From the IMG/VR virus record IMGVR_UViG_3300049138_000227, positions 1 to 24,188 of that record: a stretch of 24,188 bases of DNA; one strand, given 5' to 3'. The first letter of the stretch is position 1. The number at the start of each line of letters is the position of its first letter. The notes beneath the pieces were generated by a model that searched no databases, had not been told where the DNA came from, and saw only the letters and a program-made list of their open reading frames with translations. Positions 1 to 8,000 of the stretch are shown here, piece after piece. The translations under genes and the position numbers were made by a program. The DNA comes from a virus. Its lineage: Duplodnaviria; Caudoviricetes.

Positions 1-1550
1 GTCTGGCCGCGTGGCGGATCCTCACCCGCGCCCAGACCGCTCTCCTCACGGCGCTCGCCCGCATCCGGCCCGGCCGCAACGCCTCCCGCGCCATCCGCAC
101 GGCCACCGCCGCGTTCCAGCAGCAGATCGCCGAATTCGACCGGGCCGTCGCCGGCTTCGCCGAACGGTGGGCATCCACCGACCTGCCCATCGCCTACCGC
201 GAAGGCGCCCTCGCCACCCTCGACCACCTCGACCGGCCGCACCGCCTGTGGTCCTGGACCAGCCGGCACCAGGCCACCATCACCGGCCTCACCGCCCAGT
301 ACTACGCCGACCTGATGGGCCGCCTTCAGGAAGCCGTCCGCCGCGCCCGCGCGTTCCTGCGCGCCGCCACCGAAGCCGCCCGCGCCCGCCTCGGACGGTT
401 CACCGTCCCGGCCTTCGACCGGGCCCAGCTCCAGCAGGACCACCCGCTCGACACCGTCATCTACGCCAACGACTCCCGCCACCCAGTCGAATCGTGGGCA
501 CGCGCCGCCCTGTCCTGGCAGACCGTGACCACGGCCAACACGGCGGCAGCCCGTACATCCCTGGACGACCTCGGCATCGAGTGGCTCGAGGTCAGCGACG
601 GACCGGGCTGCGGCTGGGAGACGCATGACGATCTCGACCTGGCGAACGGCACGCTGCGTACCGTCCAGGACGCCCTCGCCCACCCCGCCGCACACCCGAA
701 TTGTGTTGTTGAGGGCACTGAAGTAGAAGCAGTTGGCGCTATTGAGCTTGCCTATAGGTTCAAGAAGTCAGGCGCTCTGGTCGAGATTTCCACGGCAAAC
801 GGAAACCAGCTGACCATCACTCCGAATCACCCGGTACTCACGGGGCGCGGATGGATTCCTGCGGGCGAAGTCCACGAAGGCGACAACGTGGTCGTCAGCT
901 CCAACGAAGGAGGAGCTTCCACGCTTCTTTCGGATCTCCAACAAATGCCAGCCCGCATCGAGGAGATATTTGCGGCGCTCGGGGAGGCGAGCTCGTGCTC
1001 GAGCGCTGTAGCCTCCGCCCAGGATTTCCACGGCGACGGTCCCGACTGTGATCGCCAAGTCGATGTTGTAGGGGCCGACGGCCAGCTGTGGCGTGTAGTC
1101 GATTGCCCGACTGGTCAGCAGACGGCCGACCTCGACTTCCAGGTGGCTGATTCCGAGTCCAGCCTTCTGCCGACTGAGGGCGCGTCGCTCGAGGACCTCA
1201 AGGGGCTCGACTTGTCCTCGCCGCGCCGCGTGGGCGGCTGCGACGTTCGCCGGGTAGGAGTTTCTGCCCCGGATCTTGATGCCCCGTTCCTTGAGTCTGT
1301 ACCTGATGGTGGCTTCCTTGAGCCCGAATTCATTAGCCAGGCTCAGAGCCGACTCTCCATCAACATAGCGACGGATGATGTCGTCAAGGTTCGGTATTTC
1401 GACTCGGCGGTTCGGCATGTGTACGACCTATCCACGTCGGAGCACGCGTATTTCGCTAATGGAATTCTAGTGCATAACTGCGTCCGCCAGTTCCTGCCTC
1501 GGCCCGCCATCATCACCGGGCCCGACTTCGTTCCCGGAGGCCCCTTCTGA
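1..1550 (+). CDS. Phage minor head/head-morphogenesis protein (MuF / SPP1 gp7-like), intein-containing, 5'-truncated by the window edge
   Basis: The frame of the 315..1550 ORF is open back to base 3 (LAAWRILTRAQ...), so the start lies outside the window. Removing the intein gives EVSDGPGCGWETHDD...ANG...HPAAHPN|CVRQFLP, matching the C-terminal HPNC-x-R motif of gp7/MuF domains. It sits directly upstream of the head-tail genes. Confidence 0.75.
   Translation, partial: LAAWRILTRAQTALLTALARIRPGRNASRAIRTATAAFQQQIAEFDRAVAGFAERWASTDLPIAYREGALATLDHLDRPHRLWSWTSRHQATITGLTAQYYADLMGRLQEAVRRARAFLRAATEAARARLGRFTVPAFDRAQLQQDHPLDTVIYANDSRHPVESWARAALSWQTVTTANTAAARTSLDDLGIEWLEVSDGPGCGWETHDDLDLANGTLRTVQDALAHPAAHPNCVVEGTEVEAVGAIELAYRFKKSGALVEISTANGNQLTITPNHPVLTGRGWIPAGEVHEGDNVVVSSNEGGASTLLSDLQQMPARIEEIFAALGEASSCSSAVASAQDFHGDGPDCDRQVDVVGADGQLWRVVDCPTGQQTADLDFQVADSESSLLPTEGASLEDLKGLDLSSPRRVGGCDVRRVGVSAPDLDAPFLESVPDGGFLEPEFISQAQSRLSINIATDDVVKVRYFDSAVRHVYDLSTSEHAYFANGILVHNCVRQFLPRPAIITGPDFVPGGPF
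768..1418 (-). CDS. Putative homing endonuclease (N-terminal HTH + DUF559/Vsr-like PD-(D/E)xK domain) encoded antisense inside the intein
   Basis: 216-aa ATG ORF. N-terminus IIRRYVDGESALSLANEFGLKEATIRYRLKERGI is HTH-like. The C-terminal half, SHLEVEVGRLL...PQLAVGPYNIDLAI...VAVEILGGGY...ERRKYLLDAGWHLLEI, follows the DUF559/Vsr pattern. An SD-like GGATAGGT lies 7 nt upstream. Confidence 0.8.
   Translation of the reverse strand: MPNRRVEIPNLDDIIRRYVDGESALSLANEFGLKEATIRYRLKERGIKIRGRNSYPANVAAAHAARRGQVEPLEVLERRALSRQKAGLGISHLEVEVGRLLTSRAIDYTPQLAVGPYNIDLAITVGTVAVEILGGGYSARARARLPERRKYLLDAGWHLLEIRKKRGSSSFVGADDHVVAFVDFARRNPSAPREYRVIRSDGQLVSVCRGNLDQSA
1426..1469 (-). promoter_or_regulatory. Candidate -10 box (TAGAAT, 1469-1464) and SD-like site (GGATAGGT, 1433-1426) for the antisense nuclease
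   Basis: The minus strand reads ...gcacTAGAATtccattagcgaaatacgcgtgctccgacgtGGATAGGTcgtacacATG. No clear -35 element. Confidence 0.45.
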
Positions 1551-1753
1551 TGCGTGCTCTCGAATCGGCCGTCTTCTGGAAACGCCTGCACCTGACGCTG
1601 TTCTTCGTCTGGGTGATCCTCCTCGCGCCCACCCTCCTGTGGTGGAAGGAGTCGATCCCCTACATCGTCGCCATGTCCTGGTACGCCATCGCCATCGGCC
1701 ACATCAGCTCCTGGCAGGCAGCACGCGCGGAACGCAAGGAAGAAGAGAGCTGA
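1550..1753 (+). CDS. Small membrane protein (67 aa, two hydrophobic segments)
   Basis: TGATG coupling to the upstream stop. Hydrophobic LHLTLFFVWVILLAPTLLWW and IPYIVAMSWYAIAIGHISSW, with a charged tail. Confidence 0.75.
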   Translation: MRALESAVFWKRLHLTLFFVWVILLAPTLLWWKESIPYIVAMSWYAIAIGHISSWQAARAERKEEES

Positions 1754-1755
1754 CC

Positions 1756-2145
1756 ATGACCACGCCCCCCAGCCTCGGCGACGCTCCGCGCCACGTCCGC
1801 ATCGCCAGCGACGGCATCCGCCCCGCCCTCTACATCGACGACACCGAGTTCACGAACCTCGTGCACGGTTACAGCCTTCAGCAGCAGGCAGGGCAACCGC
1901 CACTCCTCGTCCTCCACGCCAACCTGCACCGGCAGGCCATGGAGTTCGACGGGATGGCGCACGTCGTCGTCGGCGACGATCCCAACCCGGCCCAGGCCGT
2001 CGTCGACTTCCTCCGCAGCCTCGACCCGAAGACCCTCGAGCAGGCCGCCCTCGAGCGCGACGACCTCAGCAACGAACGCTACGGGCTCACCCGCGCCATG
2101 CTCGCCCAGGCCGCCGACTGGGCCCTCGGAAGCGGCGGCCGCTGA
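1756..2145 (+). CDS. Hypothetical phage protein (129 aa)
   Basis: ATG at 1756, 2 nt after the previous stop and preceded by a purine-rich stretch. GC3-rich codons. Stop overlaps the next ATG. Confidence 0.75.
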   Translation: MTTPPSLGDAPRHVRIASDGIRPALYIDDTEFTNLVHGYSLQQQAGQPPLLVLHANLHRQAMEFDGMAHVVVGDDPNPAQAVVDFLRSLDPKTLEQAALERDDLSNERYGLTRAMLAQAADWALGSGGR

Positions 2146-2594
2146 TGGCCGGCCTTGATGACGCCATCGCCGGCGCGGTCGCCTTCATCCGCACCAGCCT
2201 GCTCGTCGACACGGTCCGCGTCACCCATCCCGGCGGCACCGGCGAACCGGTCCTGAACGAGGACACCGGCCGCTACGAGTACCCGACCACCGTCGGCGAG
2301 ATCCTGTACGAAGGACCCGGCGCGATGCTGCCCGTCAGCGGACCGCCGATGACCGTCATCGCCGACGCCAACCTCCCCTGGGACAGGGCCACCCGCTCCG
2401 CGTACATGCTCCTCACCCCGCTCGAGGCGCCCATCCCGTACAAGGACTGCGTCATCACCGTCGTCGCCGTGCACAACCCGGCCAACACCGCCCTCCTTGG
2501 CAGGGCCTGGCAGTGCTCCGACCCGGGGCGGGCGGGCACGGTCGAAGCGGTCCGCAAGACCCCCTGCGATCAGATCGGAGGTGCAGCAGCGTGA
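2145..2594 (+). CDS. Probable head-closure/head-to-tail stopper protein (DUF6093-like)
   Basis: DTVRVTHP...NEDTGRY...LYEGPG pattern, 149 aa, and position before the gp10-like and terminator genes. Confidence 0.65.
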   Translation: MAGLDDAIAGAVAFIRTSLLVDTVRVTHPGGTGEPVLNEDTGRYEYPTTVGEILYEGPGAMLPVSGPPMTVIADANLPWDRATRSAYMLLTPLEAPIPYKDCVITVVAVHNPANTALLGRAWQCSDPGRAGTVEAVRKTPCDQIGGAAA

Positions 2595-2980
2595 CCCCCG
2601 ACGAACTTGCCGACCGGCTCGACCAGGCAGCCGACAAGATCGGCCCCGCGGTGCAGAGGCGGATGCGGCACGTCGCCACCCTCGGTATCGCCACGATCCG
2701 CCGGAACGCGTCCGGCCGGCCAGGGCCGCGGGTCATCACCGGCGCCTACCGTGCCTCGTGGCGGGACGTGCACCAGGCCCTGCCGCACGGAGCGCAGTGC
2801 ACCATCGGCACCGACGCCCCCCAGGGCCGCCGGCTCGAGTTCGGCTTCTGGGACATGACCGACAGCATCGGCAGGCACTTCTTCCAGCCGCCGTATCCGC
2901 ACGTGCAGCCCGCTCTGCCGCTGATCGGGACGATCCTGCGCAATCAGATGGGCGAGGCGATCGACGAGGTGCTCTCATGA
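2591..2980 (+). CDS. HK97 gp10-like neck/tail-completion protein
   Basis: GTG 2591 with GGAGG upstream and GTGA overlap. Motifs PRVITGAYRASW, RRLEFG and QPPYPHVQPA are typical of this family. Confidence 0.75.
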   Translation: MTPDELADRLDQAADKIGPAVQRRMRHVATLGIATIRRNASGRPGPRVITGAYRASWRDVHQALPHGAQCTIGTDAPQGRRLEFGFWDMTDSIGRHFFQPPYPHVQPALPLIGTILRNQMGEAIDEVLS

Positions 2981-3429
2981 TCCGCCGCCGCCCGGTCACC
3001 AACGCGGTCGCCACCCTGCTGGCCACCGCGTCAGGGCTGCCCGTGGGACGCGGTAAGGCACCGGACGAGAACCCGAACCCGCCCTACTACCTGCTGTACG
3101 CCATGCCGCTCGAGGTGTCCGGCGCTCCGCTCGCCGACGAGAACGAGGACGCGTCCATCGTCTACCAGGTCACCTCCGTGTCCGGGCCGGACCCGAAGGT
3201 TGCGGAATCGGCCGGGGAGCTCGAGCAGACGGAGTGGATGGCCGACAAGGCCCGCGAAGTGTTCCTCGCCCGCGACCCGGCGACCGGCCTGTGGCTGCAT
3301 CAACTCGCCATCCCCGGCGTCAAGGTCATGACCAGGTCGCTGGATACAGAGCCCGGGGGAACGAATGATCCGGCCGATGCCATCATCACGTATGTGCAGC
3401 GTTTCAGGCTCGGCCTGACGCCCGCCTGA
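2977..3429 (+). CDS. Probable tail terminator protein
   Basis: ATGA overlap, 150 aa (MIRRRPVTNAV...PPYYLLY...YQVTSVSG), directly before the major tail gene. Confidence 0.65.
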   Translation: MIRRRPVTNAVATLLATASGLPVGRGKAPDENPNPPYYLLYAMPLEVSGAPLADENEDASIVYQVTSVSGPDPKVAESAGELEQTEWMADKAREVFLARDPATGLWLHQLAIPGVKVMTRSLDTEPGGTNDPADAIITYVQRFRLGLTPA

Positions 3430-3442
3430 CCCCCGGTCAGGC
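3424..3442 (+). other. Perfect 8-bp hairpin over the stop codon (GCCTGACC-ccc-GGTCAGGC)
   Basis: Inverted repeat read directly. No U-tract, function unknown. Confidence 0.4.
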
Positions 3443-3529
3443 AGAAGGACCGCACCGCGGCGGGATCCCACGCGGACGCCACCCCACTGGTGGCCGCCAC
3501 CGCCGTACCGCATTCAAGGGGTCCCCATC

Positions 3530-4003
3530 ATGGGCAGGTTCTCCCGCAAGGGCGTAACAAAGATCTTCTTCGCCGACACGATCGCCGCCGCCACTTACAT
3601 CCCCACCCGCACCGAGCTGACCGCCGCGACCGACCTGACGAAGCAGATCGCCGCAGTCGACGGGTTCACCCTGGAGAACCAGGAGATCGAAACCCCCGAC
3701 CTCGAGAGCACGTTCACCGCGAAGATCCCGGGCGACGACCAGGCCGCAGACTCGACGCTCACCTTCTACGAGGACGACACCTCCTCCACCACGGAGGAAG
3801 CCCTCGCGAAGGGCACCACCGGGTTCATCATCATCCTCCGCAAGGGCGACGTCCCTGCCTCCAAGAGCATGGACGTCTACCCGGTGCGCGTCGCCTCCAA
3901 GAGCTCCGCCATCACCGTCGACAACGAGCCGGCGAAGTGGATGGCCAAGTTCTCCATCACAGACACGCCGGTCCTCGACGAGGCAGTCCCGGCCGCCGTC
4001 TGA
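3530..4003 (+). CDS. Major tail (tube) protein
   Basis: 157 aa, acidic and Thr-rich (PTRTELTAATDLT...IETPDLESTFTAKIPG). Canonical position before the chaperone and tape measure genes. Confidence 0.85.
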   Translation: MGRFSRKGVTKIFFADTIAAATYIPTRTELTAATDLTKQIAAVDGFTLENQEIETPDLESTFTAKIPGDDQAADSTLTFYEDDTSSTTEEALAKGTTGFIIILRKGDVPASKSMDVYPVRVASKSSAITVDNEPAKWMAKFSITDTPVLDEAVPAAV

Positions 4004-4103
4004 TCCAGCTGCCCCTTCGAAAGCTCCTGGCCGGGCCCGGCGTGTTCGGGAAGGGGCGCTCCGGCGCCCGGCCAGGGTTCCCCTTCCCTACCGGAGGACC
4101 ACC

Positions 4104-4634
4104 ATGACGAGCACCACCACAGGCGGGAAGCGCGACCGGCATGCGGCCACCATCCGCGCGCGCCTGTCGAAGCTGCAACGGCCGACCGCGACGATGACGA
4201 TCTGCACGGACCCGGAGGCGAAGCAGGCACTCCGGAGAGCCGAGTTCGCAGTCCGAGCAGCGCAGGCCAGCGTCGACGAGAACTCCACCGACGACACGCG
4301 TGCCGCGCTCACCGCCGCCCAGGAGGCGCTGAAGACGGCGCAGGCAGCGTTCGACAAGGTCGCCATCGTGCTCCGCTTCCAGGCCCTTGAACGGCCGGTG
4401 TGGGACGCCATGAAGCTGAGGCACAAGCCGACCGAGGAGGACGCCGAAGACGGCGCCCTGTTCAACGCCGAATCCCTCGCTCCCGAGCTGATCGCCGCCG
4501 CATCCCTGGACGGCATCACCGAGGACGAGGCCCGCGAATACCTCAACACCTGGGGAGCCGGCGAAGCCGTCACCCTCTACAACACTGCGTTCAGTGTCCA
4601 GAACGAAACTCGCATGGACGTGGGAAAAGGCTGA
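4104..4634 (+). CDS. Tail assembly chaperone (lambda gpG analogue)
   Basis: GGAGGA RBS, 176 aa, between the major tail and tape measure genes, ending in a slippery site. Confidence 0.85.
   Translation: MTSTTTGGKRDRHAATIRARLSKLQRPTATMTICTDPEAKQALRRAEFAVRAAQASVDENSTDDTRAALTAAQEALKTAQAAFDKVAIVLRFQALERPVWDAMKLRHKPTEEDAEDGALFNAESLAPELIAAASLDGITEDEAREYLNTWGAGEAVTLYNTAFSVQNETRMDVGKG
4622..4628 (+). promoter_or_regulatory. -1 programmed ribosomal frameshift site G GGA AAA
   Basis: X XXY YYZ heptamer in the correct phase (GTG GGA AAA GGC TGA). The -1 frame is open to 5035. Confidence 0.9.
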
Positions 4635-5035
4635 TCGGCGATGAACGGTTCCGTGCCCAGCTCGAACTGTGCGACCGGTGGGGCATCCCGCACAGCCTCT
4701 TCCTGGGCGCAGGGGACGGCACCTGGACGGCCCGGGACCGGGACAAGGCACTCGCCTACCGCGACTACCAGCGCACCATCTGCCCCCAGTGCGGCACCCG
4801 CCACGACGACTGGGACCACGGCGGCGACGACGAAGAAGACGCTTACGCCGTGTCCGTGCAGAAGTGCGTCGGATGCGAAGTCATCGCCGACAAGCAGCAG
4901 GAGCTCGAGAAGCAGGGCGGCGCCCTGAACGGCCTGAAGATCGCCCTGGTCCCGGCTTCGGTGCAGGCGGCGATCACGGTGGAGCGGGAAGCGGAGCAGG
5001 CCCGGCGCAGACAGCGCTGGGGCGACGACGAGTAG
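4622..5035 (+). CDS. Frameshift extension of the tail assembly chaperone (gpT analogue; fusion 4104-5035)
   Basis: The -1 frame reads KRLIGDERFRAQLELCDRWGIPHSLFLG...CPQC...CVGC..., has no independent RBS/start, and fills the gap up to the tape measure gene. Confidence 0.85.
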   Translation, partial: GKRLIGDERFRAQLELCDRWGIPHSLFLGAGDGTWTARDRDKALAYRDYQRTICPQCGTRHDDWDHGGDDEEDAYAVSVQKCVGCEVIADKQQELEKQGGALNGLKIALVPASVQAAITVEREAEQARRRQRWGDDE

Positions 5036-5053
5036 TAAGGGAGGCGGACGCGG

Positions 5054-8000
5054 GTGGCCAACTGGAACCTCAGCGTGGACATGCGCGGCAGCGGGGACGA
5101 CCTCGCCCGCGCCCTACGCGAGTCGGCCCGCGAGGCACGCAACCTCGCTACGGCCACCCGCGACGCCCGCACCCAGGTCCGCTCCCTGGACACCAGCTCT
5201 CAAGCCGCCGCCAGCCAAGTCAACCGGCTCGGTGCCGCCGCCAGCGGGGCGCAGCGAAACCTGCTCCGCATGGCACGACAGGCCAACGTGGCAGCCCAGG
5301 ACCTGCGGGAGGTTGCCCGAGCCGCCGACGCGGCCGATGCGCGACTGCGCGCCATGGGTGGCAACGTCCGAGTCCGCGCCCACCTGGACGCGGACACCGG
5401 CGCCGGAGCGGCAGCCGTGCGAGCAGCAATCGCCGATCTGTCCCGACTGGGCCCGGTCCGGATCGGTGTGCAGTTCGACGCCGACACCACGCAGCTCGCA
5501 GCCATCGGCCTCACGGCGACCGCCGCCCTCGCCGACATTCAGAACCAAGCCCAGGACACCTCCCGGGCGCTGCTGCTGCTCGCCGCCCGGGCCCGGCGCA
5601 CAGCCCGCGAACTCGACGACCTCGCCACCCGCGCCCGAGCAGCGGCCACCGGCGTCCGCTCCTTGGGAAGCGCCGCCCGTACCGCCTCCGGCAACCTCGG
5701 AGACCTGTCCACCAGCTCCCGCACCCTGCGCGGCGACCTGGACGACCTGGACGGCACCGTCACCCGGCTCAGCGGCAACCTGGGCGGTCTGCGCGGCAGC
5801 CTCGGCCACACCAGCGGCGCGGCCCGCAACGCGTCCGGCAGCATGCGCAGCCTGCTCGTCACGGCGGGCCTGCTGGCCACAGGCATCATCCCCATCGCCG
5901 CCTCCCTCGTCCCCATCGCTGCCGGTCTGGCCGCAGCCGGGGCCGCCGCCGGCGCGTTCGGTGTCGCGATCGGCGGACAGATCGCCACCCTCGTCGAAGC
6001 CGGCGAGGCGCAGGAGAAGTACGACGATGCCGTCCGGGAGCACGGCAAGTCCTCCGAGCAGGCGGTCGCCGCCGAGAAGGAGTACATGCGGCAGCTCGAG
6101 GAGATGCCGCAGGCGACCCGCGAAGCCGCGGCCGCCGTGTCGGTCCTGAAGGACGAGTACAAGGAATGGTCCAACGCGCTCGCCGACGACACGATGCCCA
6201 TCGCGATCAAATCCATGGGCCTCATGCAGGCACTGCTGCCGAAGCTCACCCCCCTGGTGCGCGGCACGTCGGACGAGTTCGAGCACATGCTGGACGTGCT
6301 GGCCGGGGCCTCCCAGACGCAGGGATTCGACGGGCTGATGGACCGCTTCGCCGAGTTCGCCGGGGAGACCCTGTCGAAGGCCACATCCGGCATGGTCCGC
6401 TTCTCACAAGCCCTGGACACGGGCGAGATCGGCGGCGACTGGCGAGAGTTCATGGACTACGCCCGCGAGGTCGCCCCGCAGGTCGGCGACACGCTGTCCG
6501 AACTCGCCACGACCATGCTGCACCTGCTGGTCGCCGGATCCGACCTGGGCGTCAGTGTGCTCCAGCTTGTCGAAGCCTTCGCAGCCTTGGTGAACGCAGT
6601 GCCGCCCGAGGTGCTGTCGATGCTGCTCCAGTTCTACGCGGCGACGAAACTCGTCGCCCTCGGAGCCGCCGGCCTGGCCGCAGTCACCGGCGGTGCCGCA
6701 GCCGCCCGGCTCGCCGCCTACTTCACCGTCATGCGTGCCGCCGGCGTCGCCACCACCCTGCGCGCCACTGCCGCGTCCATGTCGATGATGACCAAGGCGG
6801 CCATCGGGCTCGGAGTCCTCGCAGCAGCTGCGGTCGGAATCAACAAGCTCGCGGAGAACGCCCGAGGAGCGCCGCCGGACGTCGACCGGCTCACCACCTC
6901 CCTGAAGGAACTCGCCATCACCGGCAAGATGACCGGCGAACTGAAGAAGACCTTCGGGGATTTCGACGGGCTCATCGACAAGATGAAGAAGCTCCGGGTG
7001 GAGACGGAGCGGGCGTCGGACGCCAACGAGGGCTTCGTCATTCCCGGTATCGAGCAGTTCTCCGACTGGATCGGCGACGTCGGCAACGATCTCTTCAAGG
7101 GCGAGGAGAGCTTCAAGGCTCTGAAGGAGGACTTCAAGGGGGTCGACGAGGCTCTGGCGCAGCTCGCCTCGAGCGGGAACGCCGCATCGGCCGCGGAGGG
7201 ATTCGACCTCATCCGCCGGGCAGGCAAGGAAGCGGGCTACTCGACCAAGGAGATCAACGACCTCCTCCCCGAGTACCAGGCTGCCGTCGCCAGCTTGAAG
7301 GTGGAGCAGCAGCTGGCGGCTGCGGGCATGGGATTGTTCGGTCAGCAGGCGATCGCCACCAAGGGCAAGCTGGACGCCCAGCGGGCATCTGCCGACGGCC
7401 TCCGCGGCGCGATCCAGGCCCTCAATGACGTCAACCGCCAGGCCCTCGGCGGCATGATCGGCTTCGAGGCGGCCATCGACGCCGCGGCGAAAGCAGCGGC
7501 GGAGAACGCCGGCGCGCTGAACATGGTCAACGGGCAACTGGACCTGAACGACCCGAAGGCGCAGGCTGCGGCCACCGCGCTTCAGGAACTGGCGACGAAG
7601 ACCGATGAGGCCGCCGCAGCCGCCCGGGCCTCTGGCGCATCGTGGGGCGAGGTCAACGCCATCTACGACCGCGGTCGTGCCGAGCTCGTGAAGTACGCGC
7701 AGCAGATGGGGCTGTCCGAGACCCAGGCGAATGCGCTCGCCACCAGCATCCTGGGCATCCCGGCGGACAAGGACATCACGATCGAAATGATCCGCGAGGA
7801 CGCCCTCGCAGGTCTCGACCAGGTGATCGCGAAGATCAAGGCCACGCCTGGCAGCAAGTCGGTCACCGTGGACGCGCTCACCGCCGAGGCGATGCGGCTC
7901 CTCAACTCGCTCGGCTTCCGAACGGAGACCCTGCCCGACGGACGGGTGACGGTGACCGCGCTCACCGGATCCGCCCTGGCGAACATCGGCGCGGTGCAGA

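Larger units (their letters stand above)
702..1478 (+). mobile_element. Class 1 intein (259 aa) inserted at HPN|C of the minor head protein
   Basis: Cys1 (TGT 702), block A CVVEGTEVE, block B LTITPNHPVLT (TxxH) followed by GWIPAGEVHEGD, blocks F/G VYDLSTSEHAYFANGILVHN ending in His-Asn (1473-1478), and +1 Cys (TGC 1479). The sequence becomes visibly more AT-rich at these boundaries. Confidence 0.95.

Noticed and set aside
11-628. 205-aa ORF at the window start, and ATG 315 as the start of the head gene
   Set aside because: 11-628 is an Arg/Pro-rich off-frame shadow. The true frame is open from base 3, so 315 is internal.
702-1478. Group I intron or toxin-associated Hint (MuF polymorphic toxin) as an explanation for the insert
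   Set aside because: The frame is continuous with full intein N- and C-terminal motifs. The segment after HN is only 23 aa and completes the HPNC motif, so there is no toxin domain.
3443-3529. Further short hairpins upstream of the major tail gene as a structured ncRNA
   Set aside because: The stems are short and GC-rich, as expected by chance without covariation data.
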